Below are positions 40,415 to 51,486 of a stretch of 51,501 nucleotides of DNA, in pieces. Position 1 is the first letter of the stretch. The number at the start of each line of letters is the position of its first letter. The position numbers were made by a program, and so were the translations under genes. Source of the stretch: an uncultured delta proteobacterium (GTDB taxonomy: Bacteria; Myxococcota; Myxococcia; Myxococcales; Myxococcaceae); the NCBI GenBank assembly GCA_963776345.1, contig CAVZMH010000021.1, positions 1-51,501 of the forward strand. Direction: 5' to 3'. The notes below the pieces were generated by a model that was not told where the DNA came from, ran no database searches, and saw only the letters and a list, made by a program, of their open reading frames with translations.

Positions 40415-40541
40415 CCAGCGCTCAAGATGCTATAGCACGCACCGTGAACTCTGAGTGAAATTCGAACCACGAATCAGTGAGTTATGGGAGGCACACTCGT
40501 ACTCAGAGTAGCTGAACGTGCTATAGCATCTTGAGCGCTGG
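40415..40541. mobile_element. MITE-like 127-bp element with 25-bp perfect inverted repeats and a central IHF-consensus site
   Basis: ccagcgctcaagatgctatagcacg (40415-40439) / exact reverse complement (40517-40541); inner actctgagt/actcagagt; AATCAGTGAGTTA at 40472-40484. Confidence 0.65.
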
Positions 40542-40581
40542 GCCGGGTCCCCCCGGCGCCCTCGAGCGCTCCGGCGCGGGG

Positions 40582-42141
40582 TCACCGGCGGAATCTCCGA
40601 GCTGGGCGGACGCTCCGCGACAACCCGCCACAGCGCGGAGTCGAGGCCAGCGACGGCCTCGCCCCGGGGCGCTCATCTCCCCGGTCGCCGGCGTCCCCTC
40701 GGGGCCGAGATGCCCCGCTCGCACGCCCCCTCGGAGCCGAGCCGTGAGCCAGGCCCCGAGGCCCCGCTCCTCCTTCGCCGAGACCGGGCGCGCGCTCAGG
40801 CGCGGTCGCGGGCGCGGCCACGGCTCTTTCCGCCGAGGGCAGCACCCGGAGCACGAGCATCCCGGTGACTCCCGAGACCAGCGAGCCGACCAGGACCCCG
40901 AGCCTCGCCTCGTTCAGCAGCCCGGGCTCACCCCCGAAGGCAAGGTTGGCGATGAACAGGGCCACGGTGAACCCGATGCCCGCCACCATCGCCACGCCGT
41001 AGACGCTCCCCCACGGCGCGCCGCCGGGCACCTCGGCCGCGCCCACCTTCACCGCCGCCCAGGTGAAGGTGAAGATCCCGATCTGCTTCCCGACGAACAG
41101 CCCCACCGCCGTCCCGAGGAACACCGGCGCGGTGAGGTTCGCGATCGACATCCCGGCCAGGGACACCCCCGAGTTCGCGAGCCCGAACAGCGGCATGATC
41201 AGGAACGCCACCCACGGGTGCAGGGCGTGCTCGAACCGCTGCAGCGGCGGCACCGCGTCGCGCACCTCGTCCTGGAGGTACAGGAGGTCGCTGGTGTCCA
41301 GCGCCTCGCTCACCTCGAGGGTGAGCACCGAGTGCTTCCTCACCTCACCGAGCACCTCGCGCACCGGGCGCCGGGTCACCGCCGGCACCAGCAGCCCGAG
41401 CAGCACCCCGGCGAGCGTCCCGTGCACCCCGGCGTGGTGGAAGGCGAGCCACAGCGCGACCCCACCCGCGGCGTAGACCAGCGCGCTCTCCACCCCGAGC
41501 CGGGCCGCGGCGAACACCCCCAGCGCCAGCACCGCCACCCAGACCAGGCCGGTCACGCTCAGCCCGACCCCGTAGAAGAAGGCGATCACCAGGATGCCGG
41601 CGATGTCGTCGAAGATGGCCAGCGCGGTGAGGAACACCAGGAGGGCCCGCGGCACGCGCTTCCCGAGCAGGATGATGCAGCCGATGGAGAAGGCGATGTC
41701 CGTGGCCATGGGGATGGCCCAGCCCTTCTCCGCCGGCGTCCCGCGGTTCAGGGCGAAGAAGATGACCGCCGGCAGAAGAACGCCCCCGGCCGCCGCGATC
41801 GCGGGCAGCATCGCCTGACGCAGGCTGCGGAGCTCGCCCTCGACGAGCTCCCGCTTGATCTCCATCCCCACCACGAAGAAGAAGACGGTCATCAGCCCGT
41901 GGTCGATCACCTCCCGCAGGCTGGCGTGGAACCCGAGCCCTCCGAACCTCACCTGGACCGGGGTCGTCCACAGCCCGAGGAACGCCTCGCTCCAGGGCGA
42001 GTTCGCCAGCACGAACGCCAGGAGCGCCGCGCCGAACAGCGCGATGCCCCCGGCCGCCTCCATCCGGGTGAAGGCCCGGATCGGGTCGAGCACGATGGAC
42101 TGGAAGAGCGGCGGCGGACGCCGGTGAGCGGGTTCGGCCAT
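40582..42141 (-). CDS. nhaA: Na+/H+ antiporter NhaA
   Basis: GLMTVFFFVVGMEIKRE, GWAIPMATDIAF, LAIFDD, LFGLANSGV, AGIGFTVALFI; low-complexity C-terminal tail. Confidence 0.95.
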   Translation of the reverse strand: MAEPAHRRPPPLFQSIVLDPIRAFTRMEAAGGIALFGAALLAFVLANSPWSEAFLGLWTTPVQVRFGGLGFHASLREVIDHGLMTVFFFVVGMEIKRELVEGELRSLRQAMLPAIAAAGGVLLPAVIFFALNRGTPAEKGWAIPMATDIAFSIGCIILLGKRVPRALLVFLTALAIFDDIAGILVIAFFYGVGLSVTGLVWVAVLALGVFAAARLGVESALVYAAGGVALWLAFHHAGVHGTLAGVLLGLLVPAVTRRPVREVLGEVRKHSVLTLEVSEALDTSDLLYLQDEVRDAVPPLQRFEHALHPWVAFLIMPLFGLANSGVSLAGMSIANLTAPVFLGTAVGLFVGKQIGIFTFTWAAVKVGAAEVPGGAPWGSVYGVAMVAGIGFTVALFIANLAFGGEPGLLNEARLGVLVGSLVSGVTGMLVLRVLPSAERAVAAPATAPERAPGLGEGGAGPRGLAHGSAPRGRASGASRPRGDAGDRGDERPGARPSLASTPRCGGLSRSVRPARRFRR

Positions 42142-42183
42142 CGGACGGCGCACCTTACCCTCGAGCGCCCGGGCGAGGCGCCT

Positions 42184-42693
42184 CTAGCGGGTGCTCATCA
42201 GCTCCGCGTCGTCGCGCCGGTTGGCCGCGTGCGCCTCGGCGTCGTGCCCCGAGGCGACCGGGTGCTCCTCGCCGTAGCTGATGGTCTCCACCCGCGAGCC
42301 ATCCACCCCGAGGTCCACCAGGTACTTCCTGGCCACCTCGGCCCTCCGCTGGCCGAGCGCGAGGTTGTACTCCACGGTGCCGAGCTCGTCGCAGTTGCCG
42401 GCGACGCGGATGCGCGCCGCCGGGTGGGCCTTGAGCGCCTTGGCGAGCGTCTGCAGCTTCTGCCGGTCCTGGTCGGTGAGCTGCGCCTTGTCGAACTCGA
42501 AGTGGGCGATGGGCCCGGAGAGGATGCGCTTCACCTCGGCCGTGTCGTCCGCCTTCTCCTTCTCCGGCGCCGTGGCGACGGGCGGCGCGGCCTGGGCCAC
42601 CACCGGCGGCGCGGGAGGCGCCTCGGCCACCTGCTCGTGGGCACAGGCGGCGAGGGCCAGCGGGGTCAACCACAGAAGACGGGCAGAGCGCAT
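42184..42693 (-). CDS. pal: OmpA-family peptidoglycan-associated lipoprotein (Pal-like)
   Basis: Lipobox [42 protein letters not shown]. Confidence 0.88.
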   Translation of the reverse strand: MRSARLLWLTPLALAACAHEQVAEAPPAPPVVAQAAPPVATAPEKEKADDTAEVKRILSGPIAHFEFDKAQLTDQDRQKLQTLAKALKAHPAARIRVAGNCDELGTVEYNLALGQRRAEVARKYLVDLGVDGSRVETISYGEEHPVASGHDAEAHAANRRDDAELMSTR

Positions 42694-42833
42694 GACGGAT
42701 CTCCCAGGGGCGAGCGGGTCGATGGACGCCCGGATCCCGTACCGCACTCCCGGCGACGCGTGCGCGCGCAACGATGTCCTGCAACGTGAGGCTGTCGTCT
42801 TTCCGACGGTGCCGGTGTCCGGGGGGCCGCGTC

Positions 42834-42907
42834 AACGCCGAGACCACTTGGATCGACCGGATGATCGCGCAAGCGAGGGACGGATCGATCCAAGTGGTTT
42901 CGGCGTT
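42834..42907 (+). other. 74-nt hairpin with a 23-bp stem and GCAA tetraloop between divergent pal and dtd
   Basis: aacgccgagaccacttggatcga / tcgatccaagtggtttcggcgtt (one G-U pair); apical tcgc-GCAA-gcga. Confidence 0.7.
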
Positions 42908-42922
42908 AGTCTCCGGCCTCCC

Positions 42923-43381
42923 TTGAGAGCTCTCTTGCAGCGCGTCCGCCAGGCCTCGGTCACCGTCGAGGGCCGCACGGTCGGCGCCATCGGCCCCGGC
43001 CTGCTGGTGCTGCTCGGCGTGGGCCGCAGCGACGGAGAGGCCGAGGCGGTGGCTCTCGCCGACCGCATCGCCGGCTTGCGCATCTTCGAGGACGCCGCGG
43101 GGAAGATGAACCTCTCGCTCCTCGACACCCACCGGGCGGCGCTGGTGGTGAGCCAGTTCACCCTCTACGCGGACACCCGCAAGGGACGGCGGCCGAGCTT
43201 CGTCGACGCCGCCCCGCCCGACGAGGCGCGCCGGCTCTACGCCCGGGCCTGCGAGGCGCTCCGGGCGCTGGGGGTCGAGGTGGCGGAGGGCGTCTTCGCC
43301 GCGGAGATGCAGGTGGCGCTGGTCAACGACGGGCCGGTCACCATCTGGCTGGACCAGCCTCCGGCAACTCAGGGTCGCTGA
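42923..43381 (+). CDS. dtd: D-aminoacyl-tRNA deacylase
   Basis: [53 protein letters not shown] start. Confidence 0.96.
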   Translation: MRALLQRVRQASVTVEGRTVGAIGPGLLVLLGVGRSDGEAEAVALADRIAGLRIFEDAAGKMNLSLLDTHRAALVVSQFTLYADTRKGRRPSFVDAAPPDEARRLYARACEALRALGVEVAEGVFAAEMQVALVNDGPVTIWLDQPPATQGR

Positions 43382-44216
43382 CCGGCGCCCCCTCGCGGGT
43401 CACCAGCGAGGTCAGCCCGTGCCCGGCGGCGGCGGCGCCGCGGATGAGCCTGCTCAGCTCGCCCACCTCGCGCACCCACCCGGCCGCGGTGGGCCCGAGC
43501 CCGCTGAACGCCACGCTCAGCGCCGGCACCTCGGCCAGCCGGCCGGTCCAGTACCCGAGCAGCTCGTCCGACTCGCGCAGGCTCACCGGCCCGAGCCGGG
43601 TCCGCTCGCGCCCGAGGAGATTCTGCAGCTGCTCGTCGAGCCGGCGCGCCCACGACTGCACCGCGTGCGACGGGCGGTAGCTCCAGTCGGCGATGGCCAG
43701 GTTCTCCGGCGGGGCGTAGGTGCTCCGGCCGACCGTCACCAGCACCTGGTCGGGCGGAAAGAGCGGGAATGGATCCCAGATGCCGGCCACCAGCGCCACC
43801 GGCCCGCTCCGGATGACCTTGCCCAGCCACTCCTCGCGGAAGCGCTCGGCGGCGACCGCGTCGGCGTACGGGTAGCTCGGGTCCTGGAGCATCAGCGCCA
43901 CGTGCAGCGCGAGCTCGTAGCTCGCCGCGTAGCCGGGATGCTCGCGGGCCACGTGCCAGCCGTCGCGCCGGCGCTCCCACTCGGAGAAGAGGAGCACGTG
44001 CACCAGCTCCAGCCACTCGTCGTCCACCAGCCCGAAGAAGCTGCCGCCCACGGTGCGGTCGAGGACCTTCGACAGCTGCCAGGCCACCCGCTCCTCGGCC
44101 ACCAGCTCCAGGAGCTTGCCCAGCCCGGACGCGGCGTCCACCACGCCCACGGCGAAGGCCGGGAACGCCACCTCCTCGAGGAACACGTCGTGAACCGGGC
44201 GGATGACCAGGTTCAC
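43338..44216 (-). CDS. Hypothetical protein
   Basis: GTG start overlapping the ptsN stop; globular composition with GC3 bias; overlaps the dtd 3' end. Confidence 0.75.
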   Translation of the reverse strand: MNLVIRPVHDVFLEEVAFPAFAVGVVDAASGLGKLLELVAEERVAWQLSKVLDRTVGGSFFGLVDDEWLELVHVLLFSEWERRRDGWHVAREHPGYAASYELALHVALMLQDPSYPYADAVAAERFREEWLGKVIRSGPVALVAGIWDPFPLFPPDQVLVTVGRSTYAPPENLAIADWSYRPSHAVQSWARRLDEQLQNLLGRERTRLGPVSLRESDELLGYWTGRLAEVPALSVAFSGLGPTAAGWVREVGELSRLIRGAAAAGHGLTSLVTREGAPVSDPELPEAGPARW

Positions 44217-44674
44217 GCGCGGGCGTCTTCCTCGGCGATCAGCGCGTAGATCCGCCCGGCGTCCGGCGCCTGGAGGATGGACTCGCGAAACTGGGGACTG
44301 CGGAACAGCCGGGAGATGCGCGCCAGCGCCTTGAGGTGGATGCCGGCCGAGTTCTCCGGCGCGATCAGGGCGAAGAAGAGCTGGGTGGGCCTGCCGTCGA
44401 TGGAGGAGAAGTCCACGCCCGGCCGGCACACCCCGAACGAGGCGTAGAGCCGCGGGAGCCCGGCGAGCTTCCCGTGCGGGATGGCCACGCCCTCACCGAT
44501 GCCGGTGGTGTTCAGCTTCTCGCGCTCGGTGAGCACCTCGAGCACCCGGCCGCCGTTCAGCGGCGGATAGGCGGTGGCGAGCGCCTCGGCCAGCTCGCGG
44601 AGGACGTCCTGCTTCGTCCGCCCGGCGAGCTCGGGGATCACCGCCAGGGGGCTGAGGAACTCGGTGATCTTCAT
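44213..44674 (-). CDS. ptsN: PTS EIIA(Ntr)-like protein
   Basis: REKLNTTGIGEGVAIPHGK, DFSSIDGRP, HLKALARISRL. Confidence 0.92.
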   Translation of the reverse strand: MKITEFLSPLAVIPELAGRTKQDVLRELAEALATAYPPLNGGRVLEVLTEREKLNTTGIGEGVAIPHGKLAGLPRLYASFGVCRPGVDFSSIDGRPTQLFFALIAPENSAGIHLKALARISRLFRSPQFRESILQAPDAGRIYALIAEEDARA

Positions 44675-44753
44675 GCGCGCGAACGCCGGACGATTCGCGC
44701 GAGATAGCCCGGGTGTGCGGGCAGCGCAAGGCTCGCCCCGGCGGGCTCGGGCG

Positions 44754-45113
44754 TCAGGCCGCTCCGTCCAGCGCCTGCTCCTCGGGCGGGAGCGCGTCCT
44801 GCTGGTGATGCACCCAGGCGCGGCGGTGGTGGTGCTTGTTGCGGTCCTTTTCCCGCCGGAGCTGCTCCTCCAGGCAGTCCACCGCCAGGTCGACCGAGGC
44901 GTACATGTCCGCGGAGCAGACCTTGGCCCGGAGCACCAGCGGCCCGGTGGTCAGGGTGAAGTCCGCGTGCTGGAGGTGCCGCTCCAGGCTCAGCACCACG
45001 TGCGCCGTGCAGGCCTGGTCCAGGTTCCTCACCAGCCGCTCCAGCCTCTCGCGCGTGTGGTCCTTCAGGGACTCGGACGCGGTGAAGTTGCGGAAGGTGA
45101 TGGAGAGGTGCAT
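44754..45113 (-). CDS. hpf: Ribosome hibernation promoting factor / RaiA (short form)
   Basis: MHLSITFRN...SESLKDH...HVVLSLER...DMYASVDLAVD.LEEQLRREK; GGAGG RBS. Confidence 0.9.
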   Translation of the reverse strand: MHLSITFRNFTASESLKDHTRERLERLVRNLDQACTAHVVLSLERHLQHADFTLTTGPLVLRAKVCSADMYASVDLAVDCLEEQLRREKDRNKHHHRRAWVHHQQDALPPEEQALDGAA

Positions 45114-45245
45114 GGCGCAGGACCTCCGGTGCAGCTGTGGGGGAAACGTCACATGACGACCCCGATGACAGCTCGCCTCGGGCCCGGGTGCAACCCCGAC
45201 TGGAACCCCGTTCAGGGAGCCACGAGGCCACGCCCGCGTGCCCCC

Positions 45246-45925
45246 TCAGCGGCTGGCCTGGCTCAGGAGCACCGTCGGGTCCACCCACTGGAGGGCGGCC
45301 GAGACGGTGAAGCGAGGACCCGCGGCGTGGAAGGTGAGGCGGCGCCCGTCCTCGGACAGGGCGCCCGGCCCCCAGGCGGTGTACTCGCCATCGAGCAGGA
45401 GCAGCCCCTGCACCACCGACCAGCGGCCCCGGCGCTCGCCGAAGAGGTAGCTGCCGTCCCCGCGGAGCATGAGCGAGGCGAAGGTGCTGGAGACCGGCGA
45501 GCCGTCGATGGCGTAGGCCGTCATCTGGTAGCGGGCCAGCACGCCGGGCTCGGGGTCGGCCGGGAGGGCCCGGAAGGGCGTCTTCGGGCTGGCCTCGGCC
45601 AGGGTCCCGGTCTGCCGCACCTCGAGGGCCACCGAGACGCTGTTCACCCCGGTGACCTTGACCTCGTAGAGGGCGCCCGAGCCGCGTCACGGACCTCGCA
45701 GGCCGCCCCGGCGACCGCCGGGGACTTCGGCCCGAAGGCGTCCCCCGCGACGCAGCGGATGCCATACCTGGCCGCGAGCTGACGGGACTCGACGACCAGG
45801 TCCGCCGCGGCGGGGTCGGCCAGGGCCTGGGTGCGCAGCGCGATGCCACGCGAGAAGGGAACGAGCACGGGCGCGGCGCGGACGGCGGCGGGCACCAGGA
45901 CGAGGGCGAGGAGAAGGGAACGCAT
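45246..45925 (-). CDS. Hypothetical secreted protein, frameshift near 45680
   Basis: Signal peptide MRSLLLALVLVPAAVRA; continues in another frame (GALYEVKVTGVNSVSVAL...). Confidence 0.55.
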
Positions 45926-46088
45926 GTCGGCGGAAATCCTCTTGCAGGTGCCGGGCCGGCGCTCTCTCAGAGGGAAGCGACCCCGGCGACCCTGGGTGCT
46001 TCCTCGACGGCCGGGTGTCGTCCGACCTGCGCTCGGGAGCAGATTGCGTTGACATGAGGTCCCGTCCCACCTACGGGACGCGGCCGCG

Positions 46089-48178
46089 ATGACCCGCCTC
46101 TCCCTGCTCCTCCTGGCCGTCCTCCTCGCCGCCCCGGCCGTCCGCGCCGAGGAGGGGATGTGGACCTTCGACAACTTCCCCAGCGCCCGCGTGCAGAAGG
46201 CCTACGGGTTCTCGCCGGACAAGGCGTGGCTGGACCACGTGCGGCTGTCGAGCGTGCGGCTGGCGTTCGGATGCTCGGGGAGCTTCGTCTCGGCGGACGG
46301 CCTGGTGATGACCAACCACCACTGCGCGCGCCGCTGCATCCAGGACCTGTCGACGCCGGAGCAGGACCTCACCGCGCACGGGTTCTACGCCCGGACCCAG
46401 GCGGAGGAGCGCGCCTGCCCGCGGATGGAGATCAACCAGCTGCTCCGGATGGAGGACGTGACGGCCCGGGTGCAGGGCGCGACCCGCGGGCTCTCGGGCG
46501 AGGCGTTCTTCCGGGCGCAGAAGGCCGAGTTCACGCGGATCGAGAAGGCCTGCCAGACCTCGGAGCAGCTGAAGTGCGAGGTGGTGACCCTGTACCACGG
46601 CGGGCAGTACCAGCTGTACACGTACCGGCGCTGGAAGAAGGACGTCCGGCTGGTCTTCGCGCCCGAGGAGTCGATCGCCTTCTTCGGCGGCGACCCGGAC
46701 AACTTCAACTTCCCCCGCTGGGACCTGGACGTGAGCTTCCTCCGCGTCTACGAGGACGGGAAGCCCATCCGGAGCCCGGACCACTTCCGCTGGAGCGAGG
46801 CGGGGCCCGCGCGAGGGCGAGCTGACCTTCGTCTCCGGCAACCCCGGCACCACCAGCCGGCTGCTCACCGTGGCGCAGCTGGCCTCGCTCCGGGACGAGG
46901 TCATCCCGCTGAAGCTCGAGCGGCTGGCCCAGCTCCGGGGCTGGGTGGCGCAGTTCCAGGAGCGCAGCCCCGAGGCCCGCCGCGTCAGCCGGTCCGAGCT
47001 GTTCGGCGTGGAGAACTCGTACAAGGCCTGGGTCGGCCGGCGCGAGGCCCTGACCGACCCGGTGTTCTTCGCCTCCAAGGTGAAGGAGGAGCAGGCGCTC
47101 CGGGCGCGGGTGGCGAAGGTCCCCGCGCTCCAGAAGGAGGTCGGCCGGGCGTGGGAGGCGATCGCCAGGGCGACGCGGACCGAGGAGAAGCTGGAGCGGG
47201 AGACGACCTGGATCCGCTCGGCGAACAAGGTACTACTCGGAGCTGTTCGGCATCGCGCGGAACCTCGTCTGGGGCGTGGAGGAGCGGCAGAAGCCGGACG
47301 TGGAGCGCTTCCGCGAGTTCACCGACGCGCGGCTGCCGACGACCGAGCTCCTCACGTTCAGCAAGGCGCCCATCTCCCCCGAGCTGGAGGTGGAGCTGTT
47401 CACGCTCGGGCTCACCAAGATGCGCGAGGAGCTCGGGGCGGACCACCCCTACGTGAGGAAGATGCTGGGGAAGGAGTCGCCCCGCCAGGTCGCGACGCGG
47501 GTGGTGCAGGGCACGAAGCTGTACGACGTCGCCCAGCGGCGGGCGCTCTGGTCCGGGGGAGCGGCGGCCATCGCCGCCTCGGAGGACCCGATGATCGCGC
47601 TGGTGCGCCGGCTGGACCCGGACATGCGCGCGGCCCGGAAGCAGTTCGAGGACGAGGTCGAGTCGGTGGTGAGGCAGAGCTCCGAGCTGATCGCCAAGGC
47701 GCGGTTCCAGCTCGACGGGACCAGCACCTACCCGGACGCGACCTTCACCGCCCGACTGTCGTACGGCTCGGTGCGCGGATGGACGCGGGAGGACGGCGTC
47801 CAGGTGAAGCCCTTCACCGAGTTCGGCGGCGCCTTCGCGCGCGCCACCGGCGAGCCCCCGTTCGACCTGCCGCCGTCGTGGCTGAAGGCGAAGGACCGTC
47901 TCACGCCGACCACGCCGTTCGACTTCGTGAGCACCAACGACATCATCGGCGGCAACTCGGGGTCGCCGGTCATCAACCGGGCCGCGGAGATCGTCGGCCT
48001 GGTGTTCGACGGGAACCTGCCGTCGCTCGGCGGCGACTACGGGTTCGACCTCCGGAACAACCGCACGGTGTCGGTGGACAGCCGCGCCCTGACCGAGGCG
48101 CTCGGGGTGGTGTACGGCGCGGACCGGCTGGTGCAGGAGCTGCAGCCGCCGGCGCCGCGGACCAGCGGGCCCCGGTAG
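46089..48178 (+). CDS. S46 family dipeptidyl peptidase (DPP7/DPP11-like), frameshifts near 46807 and 47230
   Basis: EEGMW, GCSGSFVS.DGLVMTNHHC, FGGDPDNFNFPR, YPDAT.T.RLSYG, TNDIIGGNSGSPVIN...GLVFDGN. Confidence 0.92.
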
Positions 48179-48234
48179 GCGAGGCCCGGGCCTGAGCTTT
48201 TGCTGACGTCGCGGATCGGCTTTGCTGTCGTGCC

Positions 48235-49674
48235 GTGCCAGACCAGCGGCCGGATGGACCAGAGCAGCCAGGTCGCGACGGGCCGGGGCAGCCCACGCAG
48301 GAGACCTCCCCCTCTCCGCCGGGCTCCGAGCCAACCTTGCAGCAGACCGTCTCCGTCAGCGGACGGGGCGCTCGTCTTCAGCCAGGCGAGACCATCGCCG
48401 GCCGGTTCGTCGTCATCCGGTTCGTCGCGCGCGGCGGAATGGGCGAGGTGTTCGAAGCGGACGACACCACGCTCAGGACCCGCGTCGCGCTGAAGACCCT
48501 CCTGCCGTCCCTCTCCGTCGACCCGTCGAGCCTCGATCGGTTCCGGCGCGAGGTCCTGCTCGCCCGGAGCGTCTCTCACCCCAACATTTGCCGGGTCTTC
48601 GACCTGCATTCGACGCTGGTCGAAGGCGTGCCACTCCACTTCCTCACCATGGAGTTCCTCGAGGGGGAATCGCTCGCGGCGCTGCTCAAGCGTAAGGGAC
48701 GCCTCAGCATCGCCGAGGCACTTCCGATCCTCCGGCAGACGGCCGCCGCTCTGGACGCGGCGCATGCACGTGGTGTCGTGCATCGGGATCTGAAACCGAG
48801 CAACGTGCTCCTGGTCCCGCCGAGCGGCAAACGGGACTCGGGCGCCGAGCGGGCGGTGGTCACGGACTTCGGGATTGCTCGGGCGCTGTGGAGCTCGCGC
48901 GGGGAGTTCGAGACCACCGGGGGGACTGGCACCGAGGGGTTCCTCGGGACGCCGGACTACGTCGCCCCGGAACAGGTCTCGGACAAAGGGCAGATCAGCG
49001 AGGCGACGGACATCTTCGCGCTCGGGATCGTGATGTACGAGATGGTGACCGGAGAGCTTCCGTTCGCCGCAGACACTCCGATGAAGGCGGTGGTTCGTCG
49101 GCTCCACGATGAGCCGCGCCCGCCCGCCCGTCTCCAGCGCGACCTTCCCGCCGCCTGGAACGCGGCCATCCTGCACTGTCTCCAGAAGGACCCCGCGAAG
49201 AGGCCGAGAAGCGCTGCGGCCGTCGTCGAGGAGATCGAGACCGGGCCCCGGCAACCGCCGCGCTCACGAAGGACGAAGCTGGGGTTGGTCGCTCTCGGCG
49301 CTGCTCTGTCGGTCGCGACGGCCGTGGCGCTGTTCACCAGGCATCCCCAGCGGCGCGCCCAGGTTGGTTCGAGTCCCGTGGTTGCCGTGCTCTCGCTCGC
49401 GTCGACGGTGCCTCCCTCGGACGTCTGGCTCGGGTCAGCAATCTCCCAGCTCCTTGGCCGTGAGTTGGACGGACGCGCAGGGAGTCCAGGTCCTCCCATG
49501 GAGGCGAGTGGCGACGGCCTATCCCTCGCTCGGCCTCGATGCCGACCAGGTCCTCGACGAGAGCCAGCGGCGGCGGCTCTACGAATTCCTAGCAGCTCAG
49601 TACTTCGTCGAGGGCAGTGTCCGTTGCCCACCACAGAGCTCGGCCGAATCGTGCCAGCTCGTCCTGGCGACTGA
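48235..49674 (+). CDS. Eukaryotic-like Ser/Thr protein kinase (N-terminal part of a kinase-TM-TPR protein)
   Basis: GGMGEV, VALK, HRDLKPSN, DFG, GTPDYVAPEQ, DIFALG; TM segment after the kinase domain. Confidence 0.93.
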   Translation: MPDQRPDGPEQPGRDGPGQPTQETSPSPPGSEPTLQQTVSVSGRGARLQPGETIAGRFVVIRFVARGGMGEVFEADDTTLRTRVALKTLLPSLSVDPSSLDRFRREVLLARSVSHPNICRVFDLHSTLVEGVPLHFLTMEFLEGESLAALLKRKGRLSIAEALPILRQTAAALDAAHARGVVHRDLKPSNVLLVPPSGKRDSGAERAVVTDFGIARALWSSRGEFETTGGTGTEGFLGTPDYVAPEQVSDKGQISEATDIFALGIVMYEMVTGELPFAADTPMKAVVRRLHDEPRPPARLQRDLPAAWNAAILHCLQKDPAKRPRSAAAVVEEIETGPRQPPRSRRTKLGLVALGAALSVATAVALFTRHPQRRAQVGSSPVVAVLSLASTVPPSDVWLGSAISQLLGRELDGRAGSPGPPMEASGDGLSLARPRCRPGPRREPAAAALRIPSSSVLRRGQCPLPTTELGRIVPARPGD

Positions 49675-51486
49675 AGCGGCCAGACGGCACCCCGAGCGTC
49701 GCGTTCGAGAAGACGTTCTCGCGGAGCGATGTCACGGCGACGGTTGCAAGTGCCGGCGCGAGCCATCCGCCAGGCGCTCGGGGCCCGTCTTGGGCCGGCG
49801 CAGACCGCAAGCCTCGCCGCTCGACGGGAGCGCCCCATCGCGGTGCTCGAGCTCGTCGGCGAAGGGACGGCGGCGTACGGGCGACTCGATCTTCGGGCCG
49901 CTCGAGAGTCGTTCGAACGCGCGACGACCCTGGACCCCGCAGACCACGACTCGCACAGCGTGCACTCTCGCAGATCCTGGAGCAGCTCGGCCTGTTTGTA
50001 CGCGCGCGGCGCGCGGCGGAGCGCGCAGCATCCGCGTCGGCGAACCTCTCTGCGAGCGTCCGCCTGGCGGCGCAGGCCCGCGTCGACTGGCTGGGCGACG
50101 ATCCGGAGCGGGCGATCGCCTCGTACCGCAAGCTTCTTGAAGCCCGGCCCGACGACCTGGATCTGGCGCTGGCACTCGTTCGCCGGCTCCCGGCCCGCGC
50201 AGGCCTCGAACGTGCTCGAGCGGGTCCGAGAGCTCCGAGGGGACGCCTCACCCGATTTGCTGCTGGACCTGCAGGAGGCACTCCTCGAGCAACAGGAAGG
50301 GCACCTCGACCGTGCAGGGGTCCTCTTCGGCCGGGCGTACGAGCTCGCGGACAGGTTGAAGGCTCGCCGTGAGCTCTCCGTCATCGCCGAGCAACAGATC
50401 ATCATCCCTGACGCGTTCCGTAGCTTCAGCCGGGGCCTCGGGAGAGCCGAAAAGCTGGCGCTCGAAGCAGGCGACAAGCAGCGCGCGGCTTTTCTTCACC
50501 TCGTACTCGCCGGTGAGGGCGGCGGAGCGACGGAACGCAAGCTCATCGCGGAGAGCCTGGCGAGCTTCCGCGGGCTGCCAGGATCGGATCGGGATCCATC
50601 ACGCGCTTCGTCGCCGCGCCTGGGCCGAGGACGACTGGCAACAGGTGAGGAAAGGCCTCGAGGGAGCGGCCGCGGAGCTCGACGGAACAGACGAGCCGCT
50701 TTCGGTCGTTGACCACCTGAACATGGCAGAGGCGTGTCTCCATCTCGCCGACCTCCGTTCGGCCCGGCGCTCGCTGGACGAGGCGACTCGAGCAAGCGGC
50801 CAGCCGTCGCTCCACCTCGCGTTCTACCTGCCCGAGCTCCAGCCACTGGTGAACGCCCAGGATCTCGAGCTCGAGCTGCTCACTGCGGAGGACCGCCTCG
50901 ACGACGCCGAGGCCCTGGCGAGGAGAGTGGTCCGTGACGGCGGGGACGCACAGGGGCACCTCTGCGAGCTGAGGTGCGCGCGCGGTCAGTGGGCCGCGGG
51001 GGCAGAGTGCTTCGAGCAGTTCCTCGGCCCCAGACCGCGGACTGATCGCTGGGGGAGAGCACTCGCGCGGTGCTACTGGGATGCGGGCGAGCTGGAGCGC
51101 GCGGAGAAAGCCGCCTGGGATTCGGGCAACCGGATGATCATCGATGCGACCGAGATCACGAACCTTGTCGGCGGCAATCGACGCGAGGCCGAGGACCACT
51201 TCGAGACGTGCCATCTCAACCTCTTCAAAAAGAGCGCGAGGTGCTCCACCTGCTCCGCGCCGAGCTGGTACGGGCAACGGCCGAGATGAGAGCCAGCCGC
51301 GCCGAATCGAGATTGGTCGGCTTCGTTCCGAGGCTGCGCAGCGCGTGGACCACGGCGAGGCTGGGTGCGGAGGCCGTCCTCGCCGAGGCCCAGCGGCGCG
51401 AGCTCCCTCTGCTGATCCGTCAGGCACGCAGCACGCTGCAGAGGGAACTCCCGCCGGACGTTCCGGCGCACCCCCAGAAGCGATGA
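49470..51486 (+). pseudogene. Multiply frameshifted C-terminal (TPR-like) region of the kinase gene
   Basis: Helical TPR-like fragments (ARESFERATTLDP, AIASYRKLLEARPDD) scattered over three frames, ending at TGA 51484-51486. Confidence 0.6.

Noticed and set aside
42828..42912. Integron attC site (AAC...GTT ends)
   Set aside because: Poor RYYYAAC/GTTRRRY matches, fully paired stem without an unpaired spacer or extrahelical bases, flanked by core genes, no integrase.
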